54,189 nucleotides of DNA from an uncultured Gammaproteobacteria bacterium (GTDB lineage Bacteria; Patescibacteriota; Microgenomatia; Levybacterales; UBA12049), in assembly GCA_964613075.1 (NCBI GenBank), contig CAZTFV010000002.1, positions 1-54,189 of the forward strand, read 5' to 3'. Positions 7,510 to 16,526 of the stretch are shown in pieces (the stretch's first letter is position 1; each line of letters opens with the position of its first letter). The notes below the pieces were generated by a model that worked only from the letters and a program-made list of their open reading frames with translations, made no database searches and was not told the origin of the DNA. Made by a program: the position numbers and the translations under genes.

Positions 7510-9522
7510 TTAGGGGGTAATTTTCTCATACACATCAAGCTCGCCTATATTTTCTTTAAATTTGTAATCATTAACCATCGTTTTAAGTAGATAGTATACT
7601 ATTTTACCCTCCCTTGTTTTATCTTTATCGACAAATATATATTTATCTCCACGATTTACTACTGATCTTGCTAAGTTTTTTAGGTCACGCTCATCAGTAT
7701 AATGTTGTAGATTATTGCTTTCTACATTATTGACCGAGTTTAATTCAATTAAGTACCAGGTATCAAAAATCGAAAGAATTGTTATTCCATAAGATTTAAT
7801 ATATTGACCATATTTATTATTTGAGTTACTTTTTAACTTGCTAACTGTTTTCTTACCAAGAATAGAGTTTAAGTGTACCCTTTCAGAAACATTTGCACTT
7901 CTAATTAATTCCGGTATGTGAAATAAATTTTCATATTTAATATTTTTAATCCCTGGCAAAAATAAAAAATAAGAAGGTAGCGCTAAAGCTAGTGAAATGA
8001 TAATTCCGGTTATTATCTTGATTTTAATATCTGATAAACTTTTAGTATATTGGATAATAATTAGAATTATATAAAACAAAGATAGGCTAAAAGGGACAAA
8101 AACATGGTGCAAATTATTTAAGTGGCTTCTTCCCACAAAATAAGTAAACTGAAATATTCCGTAAAAGACTATAAAGGAGAAAACACGGTTTTCTGATAAC
8201 TTATCTTTACCAAAATTAAATTTTCTCTGCGTAAATAATAAACATAAACTTACGGCATAAGTTAAAATGAAAAACCATGGCCAGGAAGAATTAGGAAAAA
8301 TCATTAATCCATAACCATGTAAATAATATACTGAGTCAGAGATGTAATAACTCCAATTAGGATTAATGTTTAAAATAAAGATATAAAAACCATTGATTAA
8401 TAAAAATACAACTCCCACAGAGACTGCTAATTTTAACAATGTTTTTTTAATAATACTAAACGTATTTTTTGCGTCTTCTTGCAAACTGTCAAAAATCTTG
8501 TAAGAAAAATACGCAAGCAAAACGTAAATGCCATTGTCAAAAATCCAAAATACGCTTACACTTATAAGAAGAAGTGTTATTGCTTCCCAAACTTTAGAGA
8601 ATTTAGAATGGCTATTTTTAACTTCATTAATAATTGATAAACAAATAAGCATCCACATACCAAATCTTAGAGCATTTGTTTGCAAATAATATCCATGCCC
8701 TGCTGTAATGTGGTTAGCAAATATAATAAATATTAAAACAAAAAGCGCATAATATTTATTTTTGTACAAAAACTGTGCTATTGCTAAGAGCGCTGTAAAG
8801 CCTCCAATGATGGCAACAGAATTTAATATTGTTAGATTGGTTAAGTTTAATTTAACAAAGTAAAATGGTATCGACAAAAATATGATTGATAAAAAACCAT
8901 ATTGAGAAATACTGTTATACAAAAGATACTTTCCATGCAGAATATCATTTATTGGACCGGCATAATAAGCATAATCATAGAAGTTTAATTTTTCAAAATT
9001 TAAAGTTAATATAGCTATTGAAAGAAATGATAAAATATAAAATACTATTCCAGCCTTTTTTTCAAAACTCTTATTAAAGATTAAAAAAAAGTAAGAAAAT
9101 ATAAGTAAAAGAGATATAATTATAAACGTAGTTAATTTAAAGTTATTCTCTGGAAAAAATCCTGTTTCATTAAGTTCCCAAACAAATACAGGATTACGGT
9201 AACCCTCTATAACAAAAAAAACTAGGTAAGCAATTTGAATAACTAGTAAGAAGAAAAAAAATAGCTTATTAAGTTTTATCTTCGAGTTGTCGTTTAAAAA
9301 AGGGAGCGAGGAAAACCTCCGTTTAAAAGATAGCCAATAGAGGAGAGAAAATACAGTAAATATTATAAAAAATATAAAATAATAAGTTTGGACCTCGGAT
9401 TCAGCGTATGAGGAAAACAAAGATAACATAGGATTATAAACTTTAAGTATTGTTAGAATAACAACTAGGCAGATTAATAGCAGAAATATAAAATAGAAGA
9501 AAACCTTGCGTTTTATTAACAT
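7510..9522 (-). CDS. Polytopic membrane protein, function unknown (possible polymerase or GT-C-type enzyme)
   Basis: 670 aa, extremely hydrophobic and very AT-rich. It is the only large gene with real intergenic gaps on both sides (98 and 168 nt). ATG at 9522 is preceded by aaaggtaaa. Confidence 0.6.
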   Translation of the reverse strand: MLIKRKVFFYFIFLLLICLVVILTILKVYNPMLSLFSSYAESEVQTYYFIFFIIFTVFSLLYWLSFKRRFSSLPFLNDNSKIKLNKLFFFFLLVIQIAYLVFFVIEGYRNPVFVWELNETGFFPENNFKLTTFIIISLLLIFSYFFLIFNKSFEKKAGIVFYILSFLSIAILTLNFEKLNFYDYAYYAGPINDILHGKYLLYNSISQYGFLSIIFLSIPFYFVKLNLTNLTILNSVAIIGGFTALLAIAQFLYKNKYYALFVLIFIIFANHITAGHGYYLQTNALRFGMWMLICLSIINEVKNSHSKFSKVWEAITLLLISVSVFWIFDNGIYVLLAYFSYKIFDSLQEDAKNTFSIIKKTLLKLAVSVGVVFLLINGFYIFILNINPNWSYYISDSVYYLHGYGLMIFPNSSWPWFFILTYAVSLCLLFTQRKFNFGKDKLSENRVFSFIVFYGIFQFTYFVGRSHLNNLHHVFVPFSLSLFYIILIIIQYTKSLSDIKIKIITGIIISLALALPSYFLFLPGIKNIKYENLFHIPELIRSANVSERVHLNSILGKKTVSKLKSNSNNKYGQYIKSYGITILSIFDTWYLIELNSVNNVESNNLQHYTDERDLKNLARSVVNRGDKYIFVDKDKTREGKIVYYLLKTMVNDYKFKENIGELDVYEKITP

Positions 9523-9606
9523 TTTACCTTTTCAGAAATGCCTTAAAAGAGATTATATAACTGAAAATTATCTTTTTATTATGGGCATACAAATCATGAT
9601 AAATAG

Positions 9607-9653
9607 TTTATAAGAATAAACAAATGATTTCAACTGTGTTTTATTCTTATAAA
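9607..9653. repeat. Perfect 14-bp inverted repeat with a 19-nt spacer in a divergent intergenic region; operator or hairpin candidate
   Basis: tttataagaataaa (9607-9620) and tttattcttataaa (9640-9653) are exact reverse complements. The right arm ends 15 nt upstream of the TGcTATAAT element. Confidence 0.5.
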
Positions 9654-9668
9654 AAAAGAATTGCTATT

Positions 9669-9677
9669 TGCTATAAT
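9669..9677 (+). promoter_or_regulatory. Extended -10 promoter element TGcTATAAT for the plus-strand transketolase operon
   Basis: TATAAT at 9672-9677 is preceded by TGc. 13 nt separate it from the ATG at 9691, and no Shine-Dalgarno sequence is visible. Confidence 0.45.
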
Positions 9678-9690
9678 TACATGGAAAATA

Positions 9691-10533
9691 ATGAGTCCCA
9701 CAAAACATAACGATGTTTCACTCGCGAAATATGCCCATGAGATTAAAAAAGATATTCTTGAAATTTCCTATCATGCACATGTAGGACACATTGGCTCTGC
9801 TTTTTCCATCGCAGATATTCTTACAGTTCTTTATCACGAAGTTCTTCGTATCTCTCTTAAAACTCCGCAAGACCCAAAAAGGGATCGTTTTATTCTCAGC
9901 AAAGGCCATGCCGCCTCTGCCCTTTATGCAACCCTTGCATCAAGAGGGTTTTTTACGAAAAAGGCTATGCGGAGCTTTTGTCGGGATGGAGGACAATTTG
10001 GAGTACATCCTGTTATCGACCCAACTTCAGGAATAGAGTTTTCAACAGGCAGTCTTGGGCATGGACTCTCGGTTGGCGCCGGGCTTGCAATGGGCCTTGC
10101 AAGAAATCATTTTAAAAGTATTCCACGAGTTTTTGTTTTGTTGTCAGATGCTGAACTGAATGAGGGAAGTACGTGGGAAGCAGTAATGTTTGCATCACAC
10201 CATAAACTTTCGAATCTTGTCGCTATAGTAGATGACAATAACTATCAGGCATTCGGAAAAGCATCAGATGTTCTTAATCTACAACCACTCCGTATGAAAT
10301 GGGAAGCGTTTGGCTGGACTGCAAAGGTTTGCGATGGGCACTCTCTTTCTGACCTCTCAAATAATCTTTCAACAATTCCCTTTCGAAAAGGCAAGCCGAG
10401 TATACTTATCGCAAAAACAAGAACAGCAAAAGGAATTTCTTTTCTTGAAAACAAGCAAGAAGCTCATTATCTTCCTCTTGATGATGCAAAGTATAAAAAA
10501 GCGCTAAAAGACATTGAAAGGAATTTGAGGTGA
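9691..10533 (+). CDS. Transketolase-family ThDP enzyme, N-terminal (PP-domain) subunit, copy A
   Basis: HVGHIGSAFSIADIL, RDRFILSKGHAASALYA, GSLGHGLS. ThDP/Mg motif LLSDAELNEGSTWEA...IVDDNN. Start moved to the first ATG (MSPTKH); the tracked TTG at 9661 would overlap the promoter element. Confidence 0.85.
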   Translation: MSPTKHNDVSLAKYAHEIKKDILEISYHAHVGHIGSAFSIADILTVLYHEVLRISLKTPQDPKRDRFILSKGHAASALYATLASRGFFTKKAMRSFCRDGGQFGVHPVIDPTSGIEFSTGSLGHGLSVGAGLAMGLARNHFKSIPRVFVLLSDAELNEGSTWEAVMFASHHKLSNLVAIVDDNNYQAFGKASDVLNLQPLRMKWEAFGWTAKVCDGHSLSDLSNNLSTIPFRKGKPSILIAKTRTAKGISFLENKQEAHYLPLDDAKYKKALKDIERNLR

Positions 10534-11465
10534 GAGATGCATTTATACAAACACTCTTAAAAGAAGCAAAAAAAGATAGGAACATTATGCTCCTCACGGG
10601 AGACTTAGGGTTCAGTGTACTTGAAGAGTTTCGCGATACCCTCCCTCATCAATTTCTTAACGTAGGAGTCGCAGAACAAAATCTAATGGGAGTTGCTTGT
10701 GGCCTTGCACTTTCAGGTCATAAAGTTTTTGCATATACTATTGCAACTTTTGCAACAATGAGACCGTTTGAACAAATACGAACAGATATTGCTTCACATA
10801 ATGTAAAAGTGGTGATTGTTGGAACAGGAGGAGGACTTTCTTACGGGCATGACTCAATAACCCATCATTCTGTGGAAGATATAGCGCTTATGAGAGGAAT
10901 ACCAAATATGACAGTTTTGTGTCCTGCCGACCCTATAGAAGCTCAATGGGCTACCCGTGAGGCTCTCAGGATTCCTCAACCTGTTTACCTTCGTCTAGGA
11001 AAAAAGGGGGAGCCTGCGCTGTATTCAAAAAATCCTGTTCTTAAAGTAGGAAAAGCAAGCATACTCAAGAAGGGACGAAAGGTGGCAATTCTTGCGACAG
11101 GAAATATAGTCGCAAATGCAATCGCCTCAGCAAAACTGCTTCAAGAAAACGGAATAAATCCCCTCGTTGCAAGCATCCATACGATAAAACCAATGGATAG
11201 AAAATTTATAGGTTTAGTTATGCAAAAATTTCCCCTTATTGTAACAATCGAAGAGCATAATACAACAGGAGGACTCGGAAGCACTATTGCGGAAATTATA
11301 TCTGAAGAGGGTAAAAAAGTCCGACTTATTCGATTGGGAGTGCCCGATCGATTCTTATTTGAAATAGGTTCACAAAGCTACCTAAGAAATATTGTCGGTA
11401 TTTCTCCGGAAAAGATAGCAAAGAGGATAGAAAAAGAGTTAAGAAAAACAGTATTGTATACTTAA
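10530..11465 (+). CDS. Transketolase-family ThDP enzyme, C-terminal (Pyr plus C-terminal domain) subunit, copy A
   Basis: LTGDLGFSVLEEF, NVGVAEQNL, MRPFEQIRTDI, ITHHSVEDIALMRGIPNM. GTG start overlaps the upstream TGA by 4 nt. Confidence 0.85.
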   Translation: MRDAFIQTLLKEAKKDRNIMLLTGDLGFSVLEEFRDTLPHQFLNVGVAEQNLMGVACGLALSGHKVFAYTIATFATMRPFEQIRTDIASHNVKVVIVGTGGGLSYGHDSITHHSVEDIALMRGIPNMTVLCPADPIEAQWATREALRIPQPVYLRLGKKGEPALYSKNPVLKVGKASILKKGRKVAILATGNIVANAIASAKLLQENGINPLVASIHTIKPMDRKFIGLVMQKFPLIVTIEEHNTTGGLGSTIAEIISEEGKKVRLIRLGVPDRFLFEIGSQSYLRNIVGISPEKIAKRIEKELRKTVLYT

Positions 11466-11468
11466 AAT

Positions 11469-12437
11469 ATGGGGAACAAAAAAATATCTGCTATCATCGC
11501 TTGCTATAGAGACAGTCAAGCAATTCCCCTCATGTATGAACGTCTTGTAAGAGTGTTCAAAAAAATAGGCGTTGATTATGAAATTATCTTTGTAAATGAC
11601 GGCAGTCCTGATAATTCAGAAGAAGTAATCCGGGAAATTGTTGAGAAAGATCCCCATGTAATCGGTATCAACCACTCCCGAAATTTTAGTTCCCAAATGG
11701 CATTTACGAGCGGAATGAATATCTCAACAGGAAATGCAGTGGTACTTCTTGATGGAGACTTACAAGATCCTCCTGAGCTGATTAAAAAACTATATCACAA
11801 GTGGCTTGAAGGATATGATGTCGTATACGGAATACGAACAAAAAGAGAAACATCATTATATATGGCCATTCTTTACAAACTCTTCTATCGTTTATTTCAT
11901 AAACTGTCTTATATTCAAATTCCTCTAGATGCGGGCGATTTTTCTCTTATTGATAGAAAAGTCGTAGAAGTTCTTAAACAGTTTCCGGAAAGAGATAGAT
12001 TTTTGCGAGGACTCAGAGCATGGGTTGGATTTCGACAAACAGGGATTCCATACGTGAGACCTGAGAGAATGTTTGGTAGAACAACAAACAATTTTCTCAA
12101 AAACCTCAACTGGGCTAGTAAAGGAATCTTCTCATTTTCCTATGTTCCTCTTCAATTCACATCGCTTGCTTCCTCTATCATATTTCTCATTGCGCTTGGG
12201 GGAATCATCTACCAACTTATTGCACGATTTATATTCAATAATGCTCCACAAGGCGTAACTATTATTCTGATCACTGTCCTCTTTCTTGGCGCGATTCAAT
12301 TACTCGGGATAAGCGTTCTTGGTCAATATGTTGGGAAAATTTTTGAAGAAGTGAAACAAAGGCCTCAGTATGTGGTAAAAAGTATTGTTCGAAACGAACG
12401 CCCTAAAAGGAAAAAAAGAGATTATGTATCGGACTAA
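11469..12437 (+). CDS. GT2 polyprenyl-phosphate sugar synthase (ArnC/GtrB/Dpm1-like) with two C-terminal TM helices
   Basis: ISAIIACYRD, IIFVNDGSPDNS, LLDGDLQDPPELI, then two hydrophobic C-terminal spans (LASSIIFLIALGGIIYQLI, VTIILITVLFLGAIQLLGISVLG). Confidence 0.8.
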   Translation: MGNKKISAIIACYRDSQAIPLMYERLVRVFKKIGVDYEIIFVNDGSPDNSEEVIREIVEKDPHVIGINHSRNFSSQMAFTSGMNISTGNAVVLLDGDLQDPPELIKKLYHKWLEGYDVVYGIRTKRETSLYMAILYKLFYRLFHKLSYIQIPLDAGDFSLIDRKVVEVLKQFPERDRFLRGLRAWVGFRQTGIPYVRPERMFGRTTNNFLKNLNWASKGIFSFSYVPLQFTSLASSIIFLIALGGIIYQLIARFIFNNAPQGVTIILITVLFLGAIQLLGISVLGQYVGKIFEEVKQRPQYVVKSIVRNERPKRKKRDYVSD

Positions 12438-13845
12438 GTGGATTGTGTTGGTAGCCATTTTTTTTCTTTCTTATTTGTCTTTTGGCTCTATAATTCATTT
12501 TAATTTTGCCCAAGACGATTTTACTATTCTTTACTATGTCCAAAACAATACAATACTATTCTACCCATACTATGTGGCATCGCTTATATTTGTTCCTTTG
12601 TACAATGTTTTTAAGCTCAACGCATCATACTACTATACTCTGTCTCTCCTTTTATTCACAGGTGTCGGGCTGAGCCTCTACTATTTTTCTTTTGTCCTTT
12701 TCAAGGATAAAATAATTGCTTTTGCTGCAGTTGTTTTTTTTATATTCTCATTCGCGGGATCTGATGCATTATACACGATGAACGTTGGAATACTTAGGAG
12801 TATATTCTTAATTCTTGAGCTCTGGATACTTTCCTTTTACATAAAATATCTAACCACAAAAAGAAATATGCATTTCTACTTTGCTTTTTCTCTCTATGTA
12901 CTCGCGCTTTTTCTTTTTCCGTATATAGCCTACATTTTGCTCTTGTTTATTTTATTGCTCTACGTTTTTATTGGGAAAAAACGACCTACGGCTCTTTTTG
13001 TAAAACAATTATTTCTATTAATTCTACCGTATCTATTTGTATACGGATTACTTCCATATCTCCCCTTCTTGCAAACTGCAGAACATCATCTTCCTCCTCT
13101 ATTTGCACACCTAAAACTAGAGTCCATCGATAATGTAGTACAAACAATAAAGAATGTCATTATTCCAAGCACTTTTTCTTTCACTACCGGTACTGCATAT
13201 CTTATCTCTTTGCTGATAATTCTCATTGTCCATAAAAACAGACTCATACTATTATCTCTTCTCTTTTTACTCATTCCAATTCTGGGATTCGTTTTAATCT
13301 TCGGAGAGAATTATGGAACATTTGACAGGTATTTATATGTAATTCGCCCTTTTTTTGCATTACTTCTGGCTGCGCTATTATTTTATAAATTTTCATCTCC
13401 TCAATTTTCATTCAGAAGACTTCTTATTATCATCTTCATTCTTCCCGTTTTTCTCTTTCACACAATCGAAAATGTAAAATATCAAAAAGAAATTGTCACT
13501 GACAGAAACTACTCGAAATATCTTTTTAACACCATTCTCGCCTCCCATCCAAACATCCAAGACTATACAATTTTTTTCTTCAATTCGTCTGACGTTCCGA
13601 CAAGAAATCGTCTCTCACGGGCTACTGATGTTGGGGCACTTCCTCACAGTGGATCGTTTGCCGTTTATTATAAAAAGGATTATGAAAAAATAGGCGTTGT
13701 TTTTTACTGTAATACATATGCCTCATTATTGGAAACATGGAAAGCGAATTCACCCAAAACGATTTACTTTACATTACAAGGTGAGAAGCTAGCGGAAAAA
13801 AATCTTGGAGACATCGCATCAGATTGTCAAACTACTCAACAATAA
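12424..13845 (+). CDS. Polytopic membrane protein, GT-C-like candidate acceptor-side transferase paired with the ArnC-like GT2
   Basis: Start set at ATG 12424 (MYRTKWIVLV), a 14-nt overlap with the GT2. Acidic motif NFAQDDFTILYY lies right after TM1. About ten hydrophobic spans plus a soluble C-terminus. Confidence 0.5.
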   Translation: MYRTKWIVLVAIFFLSYLSFGSIIHFNFAQDDFTILYYVQNNTILFYPYYVASLIFVPLYNVFKLNASYYYTLSLLLFTGVGLSLYYFSFVLFKDKIIAFAAVVFFIFSFAGSDALYTMNVGILRSIFLILELWILSFYIKYLTTKRNMHFYFAFSLYVLALFLFPYIAYILLLFILLLYVFIGKKRPTALFVKQLFLLILPYLFVYGLLPYLPFLQTAEHHLPPLFAHLKLESIDNVVQTIKNVIIPSTFSFTTGTAYLISLLIILIVHKNRLILLSLLFLLIPILGFVLIFGENYGTFDRYLYVIRPFFALLLAALLFYKFSSPQFSFRRLLIIIFILPVFLFHTIENVKYQKEIVTDRNYSKYLFNTILASHPNIQDYTIFFFNSSDVPTRNRLSRATDVGALPHSGSFAVYYKKDYEKIGVVFYCNTYASLLETWKANSPKTIYFTLQGEKLAEKNLGDIASDCQTTQQ

Positions 13846-13847
13846 CA

Positions 13848-14786
13848 CTACATCATCGTTTTATTTTTCATAAACGTATAAACAGCGCTGGCGATTTTTT
13901 CCGGTGTTATTCCATGATAATTGAGTAATGTATTATATTCTGCTGATAGTGGAGTAAATTGATTTTTCAACCCAAGGCGTAATACGTTAGGAAAAGGATT
14001 TATCCAGGAATCGTTTACTGTCTCAAGAACTGCCGTGCCAAATCCTCCGTTAATTCTATGTTCTTCAAGCGTGCAGAGAAAGGGGTACTTTCTCACAATC
14101 GAACGGATCAATGTCGTATCGAGAGGATTGATTGTTGAGAAAACATATAAAGAAGGAAAAATATTTTTCCTCTCTAATTGAGAAACTGCCTCCAGTGCAT
14201 GGACGATTTGTGGACCCGTAATCAGAAGAGCTATTTCTTTCCCTTTCCTAATCCTCATCCCTTTTCCTAATACAAATTTTCTCTTTCTCAATGGAACAGT
14301 CATTTCTGGATTGCGTCCGATACGGAGATACACTGGCCCCCTATATCTTGCTATAACTTTTGTAGCAGCATATGTCTCGTCTTGGTCAAATGGCGCTACG
14401 ATAACCATGTCAGGAAGCATTCTCATAAGCGCTATATCTTCCATAGAATGATGGGTAGGACCGGCTTTGGTGTAGGATAGTCCCCCACCTACTCCCACAA
14501 TTTTTACATTCAACTTCTGCAGACTGACATCATTTCTGATCTGTTCAAATGGTCGCATCGTCATAAAGGTCGCTATCGAATAAATAAACGGGGTATAGCC
14601 GGTCGTTGAAAGACCGGCTGCAACTGTCACGAGATTTGCTTCCGCAACACCAATATTTAAGAATCTCTCCGGGAATGCATATTTAAATTCTTCAAGAATG
14701 TTAAATCCCAAATCGCCGGTAAGAAGCATTATTCTCTTATCTTTTTGAGCAACTTCACACAGCGCTTTTACAAATGCTTTCCTCAT
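13848..14786 (-). CDS. Transketolase-family ThDP enzyme, C-terminal subunit, copy B
   Basis: LTGDLGFNILEEF, NIGVAEANL, MRPFEQIRNDV, PTHHSMEDIALMRMLPDM. Its stop is 2 nt from the stop of the converging plus-strand gene. Confidence 0.85.
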   Translation of the reverse strand: MRKAFVKALCEVAQKDKRIMLLTGDLGFNILEEFKYAFPERFLNIGVAEANLVTVAAGLSTTGYTPFIYSIATFMTMRPFEQIRNDVSLQKLNVKIVGVGGGLSYTKAGPTHHSMEDIALMRMLPDMVIVAPFDQDETYAATKVIARYRGPVYLRIGRNPEMTVPLRKRKFVLGKGMRIRKGKEIALLITGPQIVHALEAVSQLERKNIFPSLYVFSTINPLDTTLIRSIVRKYPFLCTLEEHRINGGFGTAVLETVNDSWINPFPNVLRLGLKNQFTPLSAEYNTLLNYHGITPEKIASAVYTFMKNKTMM

Positions 14787-15604
14787 AACGCCTCAAGCTC
14801 CTTTTTTGCAGTCATATATTCTTCTCTTGTAAAGATCTTGTAATGTCCTATTAATTGGTCCTCAATACACGATACTCCTTTTCCTGATATCGTATGCGCT
14901 ATCACAACTGTAGGTTTTTGTTTTTTTAATGGAATTTTGTCAAATACTCTCTTGAGTTTTCTGATGTTATGACCATCAACCTCAACAACTTCCCAGCCAA
15001 ATGTCTTCCACTTATCAGCGAACGGTTCTAAAAGCGTTACATCATTTGTTGCGCCAAAACATTGCCATTTGTTATAGTCGATAATTACTGTAAGATTATC
15101 TAATTGTAATCGCGGAGCAAGAAACGCTGCCTCCCATACAGACCCCTCACCGCATTCTCCATCGCTTATAAGAACAAAAACATTTCCCCTTTCCCTCTGT
15201 AAACGCAGTCCATGTGATATGCCGATCCCAAATGCAAGTCCATGACCCAGTGACCCGCTCGTCATTTCAATACCCCTCTCATGCATCTCTGGATGTTCAC
15301 ATAACCCGTTGTTCTGTCCAAAAGAAAACAATTTTCTTGAGGACATGATGCCTTTCTTATATAACACTGCATACAGCGCTGCAGCAGCATGTCCTTTACT
15401 TAGGATAAATCTATCTCGAAAGTTACTATCTCTATTAGTAGCGGTGATATTAAGTTTCGTGAAATAGAGAACGCTTAAGATATCTGAAATGGAAAGGGCA
15501 GATCCAACATGACATGTTCTTGCTTTGTATGAGATTTCAAGCGTTAAAAGTCTCACTTGCTTTGCAAATGCTGTAAGCCCTTTGAGAGTGTACTTTTTAT
15601 CCAT
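14783..15604 (-). CDS. Transketolase-family ThDP enzyme, N-terminal subunit, copy B
   Basis: CHVGSALSISDIL, RDRFILSKGHAAAALYA, GSLGHGLA. ThDP motif LISDGECGEGSVWEA...IIDYNK. 4-nt overlap with its C-terminal subunit gene. Confidence 0.85.
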   Translation of the reverse strand: MDKKYTLKGLTAFAKQVRLLTLEISYKARTCHVGSALSISDILSVLYFTKLNITATNRDSNFRDRFILSKGHAAAALYAVLYKKGIMSSRKLFSFGQNNGLCEHPEMHERGIEMTSGSLGHGLAFGIGISHGLRLQRERGNVFVLISDGECGEGSVWEAAFLAPRLQLDNLTVIIDYNKWQCFGATNDVTLLEPFADKWKTFGWEVVEVDGHNIRKLKRVFDKIPLKKQKPTVVIAHTISGKGVSCIEDQLIGHYKIFTREEYMTAKKELEAL

Positions 15605-16523
15605 GAGTTTTGTACCATTCTATTGTCTTGAGTAGTCCCGCGTTAAGAGTCGTGCTCGCTCTAAAACCAAGTTTGTTTCTTGTTTTGTAAGTACTTGCTT
15701 TCCAATGATACGTATCCCATGACCTTCCCGGGTAAACGTTGAGTTTAATAGGAACATGAACTCCTACGAGTGATCGTACCTTCTCCGCAAGTTCTTTAAT
15801 CGTCGTTTGCTTACCTGTCCCAATATTGAATACTTCTCCTGCCGCAACCTTTCTCTGTAAAGCGTGTATAAATGCATCTACAACATCATCAACATATATA
15901 AAATCCCTGGCTTCTTTTCCCGTGGCAAGAAGAATTGGTTTTTTCTGTAAGGCTGTTTCAATTACTGAACGAACCAGTCTTCCTTTTTCCTCATATGGTC
16001 CATAAACACTAAACAGGCGAAAAATTATTAACGGATGCTTGGTTGTCTTTGCAAATGTTTGACAAAGATATGTTTGTGAGGCCTTCATCGCGCCATAATA
16101 ACTGTTGGGTTCAAGATAATCGCTCTCGTTCATCGGTTTTTCTTTTTTTCCATATTCGGAAGAGCTCCCGGTAACAACCAGCTGGTGGTATGGAATGTCT
16201 TTCAGGCTTTCAAGAAGGTTGAGCGTCCCGTGAATATTCACATCCACCATCTTTCTCGGATCCTCTTGCGTATGATACGCACCATACGTTGCCAAATGGT
16301 AGACGCCGTAGGGTTTAATCCGCTTGAAAAGACTAGTGAGTTTTTTTTTGTCTTCCAATAATCCTTCGTGAACGGTAAGCTTGTTTAAAACACCAGAAAG
16401 CCGCCAAAGATTTCCATTTTTCCTTGTGATGATATGGATCCTGGCTTGCGATTTTAATAATCTTCGAGTTAGATTTGCACCGACAAACCCCCCCGCGCCT
16501 GTTATAACAATCGTTTTCTTCAT
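15597..16523 (-). CDS. NAD(P)-dependent sugar epimerase/dehydratase/reductase (extended SDR)
   Basis: Rossmann motif IVITGAGGFVGANL, catalytic YYGAMKAS (YxxxK), ARDFIYVDDVVDAF. Confidence 0.8.
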   Translation of the reverse strand: MKKTIVITGAGGFVGANLTRRLLKSQARIHIITRKNGNLWRLSGVLNKLTVHEGLLEDKKKLTSLFKRIKPYGVYHLATYGAYHTQEDPRKMVDVNIHGTLNLLESLKDIPYHQLVVTGSSSEYGKKEKPMNESDYLEPNSYYGAMKASQTYLCQTFAKTTKHPLIIFRLFSVYGPYEEKGRLVRSVIETALQKKPILLATGKEARDFIYVDDVVDAFIHALQRKVAAGEVFNIGTGKQTTIKELAEKVRSLVGVHVPIKLNVYPGRSWDTYHWKASTYKTRNKLGFRASTTLNAGLLKTIEWYKTHG

Positions 16524-16526
16524 CCT

